The notes: generated by a model from the letters alone, not told the origin. Positions 20,892-32,863 are shown, counted from the whole stretch's first letter. The stretch is DNA of 63,126 bases, filler included, from Stramenopiles sp. TOSAG23-3 (GCA_900128585.1; 31 parts of 31 records of this genome joined end to end with filler, not necessarily neighbours in it), one strand, 5' to 3'. Numbers and translations are program-made.

Positions 20892-21375
20892 AAAACAAGA
20901 AAATTGGCTGTTATTTTTAAGTAATTAAAATTAATGTACTGCGAGCTGAAATCTATCTTTGCTCTTTTGGTCTTTACTAATCGATATTTACCCTTGTCAC
21001 TTAGTATTGACTATCATTCTCAGATGTACTCCATTTGTGATCTGATTTTATTAAACAATTCTGATTCAAACCAAATATATGCAATTATTAAAAACAAGAA
21101 AATTGGCTGTTATTTAAGTAATTAAAATCTTTAGATAAATTATCTTAAGTTAATCTCTATATGTGACTAAACTTACCTCTCTCCTTATTAATATTGAAAT
21201 TTCAATCCATTCTTCTTCGTCGCAATTAATTTTTTTTTTTAAATTTAATACTTACATGAGAAAGCTAAATTTTAATTACTTAAACATACTTAATTAACAT
21301 ACTAAATAACAGCCAATTTTTCGTTTTTAATAATACACTTAAAATTACATAAAACCGCCAGTATTTTGTTTTTAA
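20892..21375. repeat. Cluster of 3'-element copies (+ at 20892 and 21090; - at 21261-21328 and degenerate ~21345) with a second-family insert at 20981-21045
   Basis: Direct sequence matches to the core motif. Each pair is oriented sense to its adjacent convergent gene. Confidence 0.9.
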
Positions 21376-21429
21376 TAATGGGTAAGATACATTTTTCATT
21401 CGTAGCATACAGGATACAAACTATACGAA

Positions 21430-22432
21430 TTATCTCGCCATCAACTTGTCACATTTGGATTCAACACATTTTGTGCTGGTGTGCCATTTGTTTTTGACGC
21501 ACATTTTGTCCGGGTATTGAAAAGCAACACCGTAAGTGTGCCTTAAATACAGCGATTGCTGATTCATGCAAAACGTTGTTATTCCATCAAAGTTACACGT
21601 TCTTAATGGGAATACCCAGTTCAAAGGAATGATTTCAGGCCTATAGGTAAGGTGATGCTGCGTCCCTAAATAATGCTCCGGGACCCCACCCGGGTCATCA
21701 AAATGTTCTAATATACCCCATATATCTACGTGCCTATCGTCGCCCTTCCTAAAGTAGCGCGCAATAGGGGCAACAAAATCAACAGACATGCCACGATGGT
21801 ATTTCCTATGCTCCCAATGCGGCTTCTTGAAGTCTGGGGTGACAACTAATTTTGCTCCATACATACTCTTCAACCAATTTTTGCGCCGTGACAAATTGAA
21901 AAGTCTCTCGCCGTTTCGAAACAGGACATACACGTCAACGTCAGTGTCATATGGAATTGATCCATTCCATACGCTCTGCCCCAATGCTGTGCCGTAACAG
22001 AGCCAGTAGGAAATGTTTTGTGTCTCCGCAAACTTGTGAAACGAACGAATCAGCGCTTTAGCCCTTTGACGAGTGCGGGTATCCGCAGCGGCATCGCATA
22101 TAAACGGTGTATTGCGATGCGGTTTGTTTTCGTCTTGCAGAGTCATCTGTTTGACCAGAGCTGGCGAAGGCACGCCCGCCTTAGGGCAATTTTGTTCTAG
22201 TGATGCACCAAGGGAAAATTTCCAGCCTGGGCGCTTGTCTGCCAGTTCCTGACAGGATATTTTCTTAACCAGCGGTATTTGGTCTCTTTCGTTCTTGTGA
22301 TCCCACACACCCGGAATACACTGTGTTCTCCATGTTTTACCATACTCCCAGTCCAGATAAGCTCCCATTTCATGTGGCCCCCGAACTTTCACGCCTTCCA
22401 ACGTTATCTCCTTCGTCGGAAAAAGGTACTCG
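21430..22432 (-). CDS. 5'-partial LicD/fukutin-family nucleotidyltransferase-fold protein with tandem LicD domains
   Basis: YWLCYGTALG..IPYDTDVDV, HVDIW and WVFPL..C.FDG..YLRHTYG. The upstream EYLFPTKEITLEGVKVRGP..YLDWEYGKTW is the end of a preceding LicD domain. Confidence 0.88.
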
Positions 22433-22532
22433 NNNNNNNNNNNNNNNNNNNNNNNNNNNNNNNNNNNNNNNNNNNNTTAATTAATTAANNNNNNNNNNNN
22501 NNNNNNNNNNNNNNNNNNNNNNNNNNNNNNNN

Positions 22533-22580
22533 GAAGCTAAATTTAATTACTTAAATAACAGCCAATTTTCTTGTGTTTTT
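22533..22580 (-). repeat. 3'-element family copy at the contig edge (degenerate second copy at ~22625)
   Basis: gaagctaaatttaattacttaaataacagccaattttcttgt. Confidence 0.9.
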
Positions 22581-22665
22581 TTGAGGCAAGGTAAAGATAA
22601 CAAAACATTGCATTTGTTTTTTGTACTTAAATAACAGAAAATTGTCTTTTAAAAACACAGCCAGT

Positions 22666-24476
22666 TCACTTCGTGCTGGCCCATGATTCGTCCAGCCCAG
22701 ACAGCGATATATTTTTCATACTACGATCTCCGTGCGCACCCGACGTGATGGTTGCCCGTGGAAGTTCATCTCCAAGCGAGGAGCGGTGCCCTGACAAGGG
22801 CATGGCGATTGACAATTGGTTGGTTTTCTGCATATCTCCTTCAGCATCCAAGGTGCCTTCAAACAGACGCCTCATACGAGTCTTACACTGGTTTACTACA
22901 AATTCTATTTGAGACAGGGCAGACGTAGTGCGGTCGCCCGGCTTGCCACCGCTCTGCTTTTGGATATCGCGGCAGTACTGCGCTACTGTCGCACCGAGAC
23001 GATCCATAATGTGAACAGAGTTTCTTCCAAACCAGGCTGCGCCTTCCATAAAATCATGGTCTTCATTTTCGTTCGTTGCGCCAGGCAAAGGAACCTGGCT
23101 GCTGGAGGCTTGGAGGCGCTTCAGCTCGTCCTGAAGCTTCTTGTTTTCTTCTGCAAAATTGTTCACTTCCCGTGACAATTTCTCAACGGTAAACAATGTG
23201 TTTTGCATTACTTTTTGCTCTTTCGCAACCTTCACCGACGAGACACGACCTCGAGATCCAGACACACCGACCTTTCTACGCAAATTCTCCAACTCTTTGG
23301 TTAGCTGGGATATCTTTTGCTTCTGAACGACTTCCGCGTAAGGCATTCGATGGTTGTTGGAACGCTTGTAGTTTTGCAACTGGGCAGCATACTTGGCCTT
23401 TGCCCGGGCGACCGCACGGACTCCCCGCCGCCGCCAGACTTCATTCATTTGCTGCAAAAATTCATTTATAAGCTCCATTGATACATGAGGCATATGCCTT
23501 TGTCGAAAGTCAATTGCAAGGTGCAATGCGTCCGTGGGCATCCAGTTGTCACGCTCATCCTTGGGCTCGATGGCTTTTCTCTCGGCAGCCTCAGCGTACT
23601 TTCCCGTCCCGTATACTTTGGAAAACACCGAAACGTCTCCCCAGGCGCCATACTCCTGCCCGACCAGTTTTCGATCAAATTGCGGGACTGTCTTTCCGTT
23701 GGATGTCACTTTTATGCCAGAGCGACTGCTGCCTTTGTTAGTCAATGCTTTTGGAGTACCCGGCACGTAAGAAATGCCCCGGCTGTTTTCTGCAAACTGC
23801 AGGAACTCGTTGTATTCTTTGGTGGTAGACAGAAGCCGGACCATGCGCGCATTGTCGAGCTTCAGATGTTCTATTTCGTAACGAAGGGCTTCCTCTGATC
23901 GTTTGGCCTGCTTGTAATCACGAACCATCCCGCGAGTCATATCGGTTTCCGTCTCAAACGTTTTTGCAATCCGTTCGGCACGAAAAGCGCGTTGGTCGGC
24001 ATCGATAGCTTTCTTTTCAGCCTCCTCTAAGGCTTGCTGATGATGCGAGACGGTGTCATTTTGAATGCGAATCCGCTCGTTTGCCAACTGCAGCTTCCGC
24101 TGCAGGCTAGCCAGGTCTTCTTCTTGAGTTCTAATATCATTGAGCGATTGGCTTAAAAGGGATGCCTTCTCCGATTCAATTTGAGTCAATCTTCCCTCAA
24201 AATCCCTGATCCGGGCAGCCTGCTGCTTCTGTCGCAGGGAACTCTCTGCAAGTTGTCGCTCCGAGTCCCGAAGTTTATGCTTCAAGTGCTCGCAGTGCCG
24301 GTGCCAACGGTCGTTCTCCTGTCGCTTTTGCTCAAGCTCTTCTTCGCTACTCCTTAGCTGCTCTCTCATTTCTAATAGCTCGTGCTGCACCTTCGACAAT
24401 TCGTTCAATTGCATATTGACCCGTGAGCTTGTGGTATCCGAAATTGCAATTTGGCTACGCAAGTCTGCTAGCTCAN
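22666..24476 (-). CDS. 5'-partial long coiled-coil protein
   Basis: About 600 open codons, heptad-like and E/Q/R/L-rich. Confidence 0.8.
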
Positions 24477-24915
24477 NNNNNNNNNNNNNNNNNNNNNNNN
24501 NNNNNNNNNNNNNNNNNNNTTAATTAATTAANNNNNNNNNNNNNNNNNNNNNNNNNNNNNNNNNNNNNNNNNNNNTTTAAACGTCGCAGGCAGTGTTTCG
24601 CTGGGCAGCGCGAGTACCGATACCATAACGATAAAGTCCCGTGTAGTTCACAACAACAACAACAACAAATAAAATAATTTAATAATAATTCTTCCTCCTT
24701 CCTCCTATATATATAGTCGTCTATCTCTTCTTCATCTTTTCTTCTCCTCTTTCTGCCAGTGTGTTTTGGTGCTAAAGAGGTTTGCTCTTGCTTGGTGACA
24801 GATACAATAAGATCGGCTTGAACTTGAATTATCTCGAACCAGGAGGACGACTATCGATAAAATAAAAGTAATAAATAAAACATTTAAAACCCAACAACAA
24901 CAAAATATTTTGTTT

Positions 24916-24980
24916 TTAATTTCCTAAATAACCGCCATTATTTTGTTTTTTAATATCTTAGCAGCCAATATTTTGTTTAA
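24916..24980 (-). repeat. Two degenerate 3'-element copies just after the stop at 24996
   Basis: taaataaccgccattattttgtttt and gcagccaatattttgttt. Confidence 0.65.
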
Positions 24981-24995
24981 AACATTTTTTTCTTC

Positions 24996-26518
24996 TTAAC
25001 AAATTATGCATTCATCTGGGTCTCCTGCACTTTCTCTTCGTTTTTTCATAACGTAGACACCATTTACTTTTTCATCCTCATCATCCGATGACTCTTCTTG
25101 ACGCAGCTCTTCAATCCTACCACCGGAACAACATCCTCCGAAACTCTCTCCTGTTAACTCGCCCGAAGGAGGTCGATTCGTAGGTTCAAACAGTATGACC
25201 TCACTCACGGTATCTGCACTTTTTTTGAAACTATTTTTTCTACTGATTTTTACAAGCTTTTTCGGGGACTCCCTCCTTTTGTTTCTGCGCCCCATACTGC
25301 CACGTTGATTCGTGTACTTTCTTTTCACCCTTTTGCCTAAAATTTCTGGGGATTTCTGATCTTTACCGGTTGAGTTGGAGGTATCAGAAGGGCCGAAGTC
25401 TATTGTTCTTTCTTTCTCCCGTTGTTTTTTTTTGGGCAGTGTAACCCCACGGGGAATGTCCCACTGCGTAACGCCAGACACCTTATTGTGATAAAACGTC
25501 TCCCCATCATTGGTATGGACTTGCAGCCATCCCAAACCCAACTCAACTTTTTGACTAGAAGAAACATACGTTTCTAGCCTTTGGTGCTGTGGCTCGGCAT
25601 CACGGGGTTTACGCTGCTGCATTTTATTTGTTTCGGCGTGAAGGTACAGTTTTTCAGCACCCTTTTCGAAATCGTACAGCTGAAACCAACCATCGCCGAG
25701 GGGTTCGTCGACAAATATTCGATCTCCATCATTCTCATCGACGATTTCTATGCTCTCAAAATCATCGAAGTAGACTTCGTACTTTTTCTTTTTACCGGTA
25801 GTATCTGTATGGACTTTGTCTATGTGCCCAAATATTGCACACTCAGGATCATACGAGTACATGTCTGGCCACAGTCCTTTGCTTGTAACCCAGATATAGT
25901 CGCCAACTTGGTAAGAGCCCTGTCGATTAATTAAACGTTTTCGACTTTCGTTCACAAGCCTGCCCCGTCTTTCTTGGTCATCTTCAGATTCACTCTCTCT
26001 TTCTGGCTCTTCATGGTACAGTTGGTCTCCTTCATCCCCAACATCAATTTCGATATCCCCATCATCAAAGTGAATTTCGTACAACACTTTCCCACTTTCA
26101 GACAACTCATAATTGTCCACTATACCATGGAATGGAGTGTCGGTCCCAAAAAGCCGAAGGCTGACGACCCATATGTCACTCCCTTTTTCAAAATCATGCT
26201 CAAAGGCATCCTTCCCAAGTTTGCCATTGTCCTCACTGTCGGCATGGGTGATGCCAGAACTTGCAAGCGTTTTGTCCGTTGAATAGTTATTTTCTGTTGG
26301 ACTGTTTAGTTCTGTTGCATTAGTTTTTTCAATTACAGTTTTTTGTTCTGCTCCATTCGTTTGTTCTGCTTCATTTGCATGTTCTGCCCCATTCCTTTGT
26401 TCCGAATGCCTGTTCTTATTTTCTTCAATGTGAGTGTCCTCTACGTTTGGTGCTGCATGCGGCTCGTCGTGGTACAGCCTGTCGCCACCTATTCCAATGT
26501 CGTGCACAACGTCCCCGT
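24996..26518 (-). CDS. 5'-partial protein with repeated Tudor/SH3-like barrels, WW domain(s) and a C-terminal CIIC
   Basis: GxxIWV..G..D..YE(I/V)xFDD occurs twice, plus GWLQVHTNDGETFYHNKVSGVTQWDIP (WW). Confidence 0.75.
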
Positions 26519-26619
26519 NNNNNNNNNNNNNNNNNNNNNNNNNNNNNNNNNNNNNNNNNNNNTTAATTAATTAANNNNNNNNNNNNNNNNNNNNNNNNNN
26601 NNNNNNNNNNNNNNNNNNT

Positions 26620-27477
26620 GATGACGAGACGATCCGTGTCTGGGATACGTCGACAGGAACATGTTTGACGACGTTGAAAGGCCATTCTTATTCGGTCTTT
26701 TCTGTGGCTTTCAACCATGATGGGTCACGTATCGTATCCGGTTCTGGTGACAAGACGATCCGTGTCTGGGATACGTCGACAGGAACATGTTTGACGACGT
26801 TGAAAGGCCATTATGAAGGGGTCCCTTCTGTGGCTTTCAACCATGATGGGTCACGTATCGTATCCGGTTCTGGTGACAAGACGATCCGTGTCTGGGATAT
26901 GTCGACGTTGAAAGGCCATTCTTCACAAAGCTCAGAAGGTGGACTTCCCGCGACGCCCCCTCCTTTGGCGCCGTTAGCGCAAGCGTGTATGGACACTTTA
27001 GCACAATTCGTGTACAAGATTTTCCCGCAAAAGACTCCAGTTTCAAAATTTATATATAAAGCAATCGAACCGTTGTTTCTTAATCACCAACAGCTAATTC
27101 TTCAGATTGCTCAGTTACGCTCTGGAGATATGAAAATTGGGGAGGGTTACATAAGCTTGGGCGAATTTTCTGAGTTGCAGACAACTGGTCCCCAGACATT
27201 TCATTATGCGCATCAATTGAGAGATACAATTTACCAAAGTTCCTTGTTGATTCTGGCTTCAAAGGGGCACGACAGCTACAGTGTTTGCCTTTTGCTTCAA
27301 TGGGGATTCGACCCTGCGTTTCAAGATATAAATGGCGACACGTTTTTGCATATAGCATACCGTGAAAAGTTTGACGATGTTGTAAAAGTAGCATACGATC
27401 AGCTTGATGTATTGAAGCTAGATGCCTTAGCAAAGCTTAAAAACAAGAAAGGAGAAACTTACATTGACTCAACTTGA
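26620..27477 (+). CDS. 5'-partial protein with near-identical WD40 repeats and a C-terminal ankyrin-like region
   Basis: 126-bp period WD repeats TLKGH...V.SVAFNHDGSRIVSGSGDKTIRVWD, then LLILASKGH..QDINGDTFLHIA..KNKKGET. Confidence 0.8.
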   Translation, partial: DDETIRVWDTSTGTCLTTLKGHSYSVFSVAFNHDGSRIVSGSGDKTIRVWDTSTGTCLTTLKGHYEGVPSVAFNHDGSRIVSGSGDKTIRVWDMSTLKGHSSQSSEGGLPATPPPLAPLAQACMDTLAQFVYKIFPQKTPVSKFIYKAIEPLFLNHQQLILQIAQLRSGDMKIGEGYISLGEFSELQTTGPQTFHYAHQLRDTIYQSSLLILASKGHDSYSVCLLLQWGFDPAFQDINGDTFLHIAYREKFDDVVKVAYDQLDVLKLDALAKLKNKKGETYIDST

Positions 27478-27645
27478 CCGCGTATATTTGGATGTTGTAA
27501 ACACAAAATAATGAAAAGTGTGGTATTTGAAATCTTCTCCTTCCTTGACAATGAAGACTTGCTCGTGGCAAGTCTAGTCTCTAAGCAGTTTTCAAAAGAG
27601 AGCGGGTATAGGTTGGCCGCTGGCAGACGGGTTGACTTGGAGTAG
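27478..27645 (+). pseudogene. Duplicated F-box-like fragment homologous to the C-terminus of the CXC gene at 48667-48780
   Basis: Gapless 114-bp match with 11 mismatches by my count. It lies in frame after the TGA at 27475. Confidence 0.8.
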
Positions 27646-28305
27646 ACACTATACGCCTGCAGGCGGGGGCAAACTCCCACGAGCTGCAGCGCCGTAGTCG
27701 TAGGGTTCGCTCCGAGTTAATGTTGGGGATGGGAATTCCTCAACAACGTCACGGCCGTCAAGTGCATTGCCGCGGTCAGAGCGTAGACTGTTGGAGGCGG
27801 AGCGGGTAAGGACGTTTTACCTGTCTTCGAAGTTGGCCAACAAAGTGTTGACCGCAAAGCAGTGCCGAACGATAGCGGCCTTGCTCCCCCCTGGATGGAT
27901 GTCAGGGACATCCTTACGGGTGTCCCTACCGACCCAGTTGTTTTCAAGGTGCATTGACCCAGGAAACTTTGAAACATCGGTCTTTCCCTTGCTCTTCGAG
28001 CGAGAACGGTACGTTTACCGATGGGCGACGAACATAAAGTTGCGAGTCTGCTGTTGGAACTGCAAACAGAGGAGGCCGGCCATGCGACGTTGATGGACGA
28101 CCATGTATATGAAACTTCGACAAATTTTACGTTATGATACGAGGGGTATTAACGGTATCATTAAATATATTAAGTGTGTTGTGTGTTGTTGTTTATTTAT
28201 TTTTTTGCGAAAAAAAAATAAAATAATATTTGAAGATAGAAAGAAGGAGGAAGGTTCCCCACCAGAGTATTAATACGACGATACAACAACCAACAAACAA
28301 AGACG

Positions 28306-28386
28306 ACTTCTCTTCTTCCTTCTTCCTTCTTCTTCTTCCTTCTTCTTCTTCCTTCTTCTTCTTCTTTTTCTTCTTCTTCTTCTTCT

Positions 28387-28418
<32 letters not shown>

Positions 28419-28450
28419 CTTCTTCTTCTTCTTCATCATCTTCTTCTTCT
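28306..28450. repeat. (CTT)n microsatellite
   Basis: Long imperfect ttc/ctt run. Confidence 0.95.
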
Positions 28451-28661
28451 ACTAAAAAAAAAGAAGAAAGTTGATCAAAGCATGTGTTGGGAGTGAACGG
28501 ATGCAATCGATTCTACAAATGATGTTGGTCTTCGTCCTTCGTCATCACTTCATCTGTCATCNNNNNNNNNNNNNNNNNNNNNNNNNNNNNNNNNNNNNNN
28601 NNNNNTTAATTAATTAANNNNNNNNNNNNNNNNNNNNNNNNNNNNNNNNNNNNNNNNNNNN

Positions 28662-30574
28662 CCCCCCCCAGGCATCGGTGGTGGGCCTCTCAACGGGCGT
28701 GCCCCCCTTGCTCCGGGCAATGGGGGCGGTCCCCTCATCGCACGTGCCCCCCTTGCCCCTGGCAGAGGAGGTGGTCCCCTCATCGGACGTGCCCCCCTTG
28801 CTCCTCTTGCCCCCGGCATCGGTGGCGGTCCTCTGAGTGCCCCCCTTGCTCCTCTTGCCCCTGGTATCGGCGGCGGTCCTCTAAGTGCCCCCCCTGCTCC
28901 TGTTACCCCTGGCATCGGCGGTGGTCCTCTGAGTGCCCCCCTTGCCCCCGGCAGCGGCGGCGGGCCTCTCAACGGAGCGCCTGTTGCCCCTGGCAGCGGT
29001 GGCTGGCCTCTCAACGGAGCGCCTGTTGCCCCCTGCAACGGAGGTGGATCCCGCAGGGCAGCACCGCCTATTACCCCGGGAACAGCCCCCGGCCCGCGTT
29101 GGGGCGAGGTATTCCCTGCTGCTGTTGGTGGCGGCCCTCCAGTCGCCTGCATTTTTTCCAACTCAAATATTCTTGCTCTTTGGGCCTCGACTACTTTGTC
29201 AGAATCAGCTAGTTGTGCGTACCGTAAATCGACATCTTTCTTCTTCTGGTAGTACTCCCGGAGCAACTGAACGTTTGGATGCCACTCTGATAAGGACTCG
29301 TAATTAGTGGCCACTTTCATCAGTTGGGTGAAAAACCTACCGATAATGTCGTAGGTAAGACCTCCTAGGCTGACGTCGTCGGGAACCAAGAGGAGCTGTT
29401 GAAACACACTCAGAACGTCTTGGCCGATTCCTAGCTTCTCAGCAGTCCCAAGGACTTTGTCTAGAACATCGTCCACGTTCGTTACGTCCAAGCCGTCGTC
29501 AAGAAGGCAAAGCTTCTGATCATCAGCCCGCAACTCCTCAAAAACCGTTACTTGTGCAACTAGTAAATCAAAAGTTTTCCTTTCGTCTTCTGTAACGATG
29601 TCCTTTCCTTCCTCAGCCTCGCTTTTTCTTTCCTTGAAGTTCCCTATTGAATCATGGTAGGCATCCATCATGCACAGGCTTGCAAACTCTTCCCTTGCGG
29701 CCGCTCGTCCTTCAAGGTCTGGGGCGCGATTCACGATGGTATTTATAAACTGCAAACATTTTACTTTGAACCGCAGATTATCTGCACCTTTCACAGCTTC
29801 AATCATGTTGTAATATCGCTTCGGCTCCAAATGGAACCGTTGGTAACGATCCATTCCGTCCATCACTCGGTCGTACCCTTCATCAGACTCCCAGCAGCTC
29901 ACGGACAACAGTTCGATCACATTAATCGCCATTTCAATATTTTCAAAATCAAGGCACATTACAATGTCCTCTAAAATGTTGGGGTGCTCTAATCCAGCTT
30001 GCATCCCAAAACCAGTGTTCATAACACCTCGAAGACAATTGATGATTTCTGTTTGGGAAAGGCGTTGCTTGATGCCTTTGCTTCCGACCCCAGTTTTTTT
30101 CAAGGCAAGAGACAGCGTTTCCAATCCCTTTTGCTTTATAAAATTTTGAAGCCATACTTTATGACTGCTATTGATGACGATTTTAAGCTGCTGGGCTATA
30201 TCTTTCAAGTCTTCGACGTCCGCGGCAGCTAACTTTTTCGCCCAAAACTCGGGCGTTGTCGTGGATCGCCTCGCTTTCAGCTTCTTATCATTGGTCAAGT
30301 TCGACTGAGCTTGGATTATTTTCCATTTTTGATCAATTGTCTGGGTTTTTATCATATCCCCCCTTGTGGCGGTCGGGATTGCCAAATCTTCCAGCATATT
30401 GGCGTACAGGTCCTCGATCTCTTGGTCGTTTTCTGGCCTTTCTCCCGCAAAAGCTTCTTCCGCAGGGACCAAAATCGGGTTGGTTTTTACCGAGCCCTTG
30501 GCACGTTTGTCACTGTCTTTTTTCTTGTCGAGACTGCCCATGGAGCGGATTTTTTGAACGCTCGTGATTGTCAT
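28662..30574 (-). CDS. Formin, N-terminal part (GBD/FH3 plus FH1)
   Basis: MLEDLAIP..KWKII, WLQNFIKQKGLETL, CLRGVMNTGFG, CLQFINTIVN, followed by GPPP(L/M)PG FH1 repeats. Confidence 0.92.
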
Positions 30575-30703
30575 TGGTAGAGACTTTGCAGTGATTTCAT
30601 TGNNNNNNNNNNNNNNNNNNNNNNNNNNNNNNNNNNNNNNNNNNNNTTAATTAATTAANNNNNNNNNNNNNNNNNNNNNNNNNNNNNNNNNNNNNNNNNN
30701 NNC

Positions 30704-31258
30704 GATACGTTGTATGGTGCGTGTGAAGATGGTGACTATAAAGCCGTGAAAAAGCTTGTTCGCAAAGGCGCTGATGTAAACTACGTGAACCCAAACAAAA
30801 AGAACAAAACGCCATTGATGGAAGCGTGCAAATGTTTGAGTGAGCCAATAGTAAAATTCTTGATTGAGAAGAATGCAGATCTTAATTTGACTGACACAGA
30901 CGGATGGAATTGTCTTCACTGGATAGCGTTTAAAGGTCATGCCAAAATTATGATCTTGCTACTGGAAAAAGGCGCTAATTTTATGCAAAAAAGCACCAGT
31001 GGTTCCACCCCATATGATGTCGCCACTCAGTTGACCTCTCAAAAGAAGACTCAGTGCGAGTTTGTATTGAAACAATGGATGAATAAGCTGCCTGCAAACA
31101 AGCGACCGAAGGATACTACTGAAGGGAAGGGAAACTGGAATTATTCGTACCATGTTCCTAGAAATTCTACAGGCAGGTGTTCTCTCGACCGTACAACGGG
31201 ATGGGACGATACGTGGGAAACGGAGAAAAAAGAGACGCTGGGAAGCACAAAAAAGTGA
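30704..31258 (+). CDS. 5'-partial ankyrin-repeat protein
   Basis: GADVN..KTPLMEAC, DTDGWNCLHWIAFKGH and GSTPYDVA. Confidence 0.88.
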   Translation, partial: DTLYGACEDGDYKAVKKLVRKGADVNYVNPNKKNKTPLMEACKCLSEPIVKFLIEKNADLNLTDTDGWNCLHWIAFKGHAKIMILLLEKGANFMQKSTSGSTPYDVATQLTSQKKTQCEFVLKQWMNKLPANKRPKDTTEGKGNWNYSYHVPRNSTGRCSLDRTTGWDDTWETEKKETLGSTKK

Positions 31259-31375
31259 GATTTTCCTGAGTCACCAACATACTAATCAGCGCAGGAAGCA
31301 ATAGCAAATTTTTAGAAATGTTTGGTGAAATGAGTCTACTATCGTCAATTTTCACGACGTGTCCTTATTACTATT

Positions 31376-31482
31376 AAAAACAAAACATTGGCTGTTGTTT
31401 TAAAAAGTAATTTATTTACCTTCTCCTTATTATAACTTATAAGGAAAAAAAGCATATTATATAGTATGTTTTAAGACTCTCT
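31376..31482 (+). repeat. 3'-element core plus tail module
   Basis: aaaaacaaaacattggctgttgttttaaaaagtaattt followed by atagtatgttttaagactct. Confidence 0.75.
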
Positions 31483-32364
31483 CATTTTAAATCAAAAAGC
31501 ATATAGCATCATATGCATATTAAATATATGAACTTTTATAGAGGTGAATCTGTATTGAACAAATCGATCCTTCGCCCTTCTCCCAATCAAAGTCCCTGAA
31601 AGTTTAAAAATAATTTTGATTTTGTCCACTAACAACAAACCAGAGAAGCAACTGCGTAATTAAAATCCTGGGGACTAAATCCTAAAAACTTACAACAAAG
31701 ACCATTTTCTTTAATAATGTTTAGGAGTAAAACAATGCGTAAATGTAGACCTCTAATGTGCCTTTCTTTAATTTATCACAGTTCGACGGGATGTTCACAA
31801 AATCAAAACGATAAACAAAAAAAAACAACGAGCAAAAAGAAGCGAAATGATAGAAACTCGAGACCGAAGAAGAAAAGAACATGGAGAAGGGGGGGGGGTT
31901 AACCTGAGTGGTTTGCAATCAAATGAAAACGTTTACATTAAGGGACATGTCATTGATCCCAACGTTACTTGCTTTTCAAGCAGTCGGGGGCGATTTTACC
32001 GTCTGGTCAATAGGCGTATCTGGTGAACTGACATCTCCCGCACGTTAGGATGGGCCCGTTTGTACGATGAAGTCGTTCTCCTCTGGGAAATTCGCTGCGG
32101 ACCATAAGCTTTTCTGGATCAATTTACTACTTATCATTAAGTCTAACACTGTTTATCCTCTTGTGTACCCGATGCATGATCAGAATTGCTATTTGGATTC
32201 TCGACGATGTCATATTACCCATTCATCAACTTCTTCACCCGGTACCCCGACTCATAAATGAGTCAGAACTTGTGTGAATCTATATTTTATAAAATTAAAA
32301 CGTATGTTCTTGAGCAGAGATAAGTTCGCTGCACATGAAGGAAAGTAAAACTTTTATGGACACA

Positions 32365-32643
32365 AGGAGCAGGTTCACATTCGCGGTACAAGAAGAAGAC
32401 CATTTTTACTCCGTAATTACTTAAATAACAGACATTTTTTGTGTTCAAAAGTAATGTTAATAATTAAAATAAAATTAATGAACAAAAGGAGCAGCTTCAC
32501 ATTCGCGGTACCTGGTACCTTGGTACATGAAGAAGAAGATAAAATTTTAATTTACTTCCAAATCATGAGACGAAATTACAGAATCAAGTTAGGATTAGGG
32601 TACGACGAAGCTAAATTTAATTACTTAAATAACAGCCAATTTT
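32365..32643 (-). repeat. Tandem pair of extended 3'-element copies ending at the contig edge
   Basis: aaggagcag(g/c)ttcacattcgcggtac occurs twice, each followed by aattacttaaataacag. The segment aaattacagaatcaagttaggatta is shared with 40985. Confidence 0.85.
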
Positions 32644-32785
32644 NNNNNNNNNNNNNNNNNNNNNNNNNNNNNNNNNNNNNNNNNNNNTTAATTAATTAAN
32701 NNNNNNNNNNNNNNNNNNNNNNNNNNNNNNNNNNNNNNNNNNNTATACTGTACTGTTAACTATAAAATTAAAAATAATTCATTCT

Positions 32786-32863
32786 GAAGGAAGAAGGAAG
32801 AAGGAAGAAGGAAGAAGGAAGAAGGAAGAAGGAAGAAGGAAGAAGGAAGAAGGAAGAAGAAGA
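32786..32863. repeat. (GAAGAAG/GAAGGAA)n heptamer microsatellite
   Basis: Regular 7-bp purine repeat. Confidence 0.9.

Noticed and set aside
20892-21375. Clustered core-motif copies as a CRISPR array
   Set aside because: Mixed orientation, irregular spacing, degenerate copies, eukaryotic context and no cas genes.
27475-27477. TGA reassignment or selenocysteine
   Set aside because: TGA ends other normal genes here (e.g. 31258, 34128, 36614), no SECIS was recognised, and the downstream fragment looks decayed.
28197-28506. Poly-E/K/R/F ORFs (also 61145-61348, 32779-33027 and 5859-6116)
   Set aside because: They are translations of CTT/GAA microsatellites and other low-complexity sequence.
31900-32260. 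Moderately GC-rich stretch as a gene or ncRNA
   Set aside because: No long ORF in the track and no motif recognised; it may be a decayed fragment but this is unsupported.
32588-32600. TTAGGATTAGGG as a telomeric repeat
   Set aside because: Only one perfect unit, inside the dispersed repeat tail, and the copy at ~41000 is interrupted.
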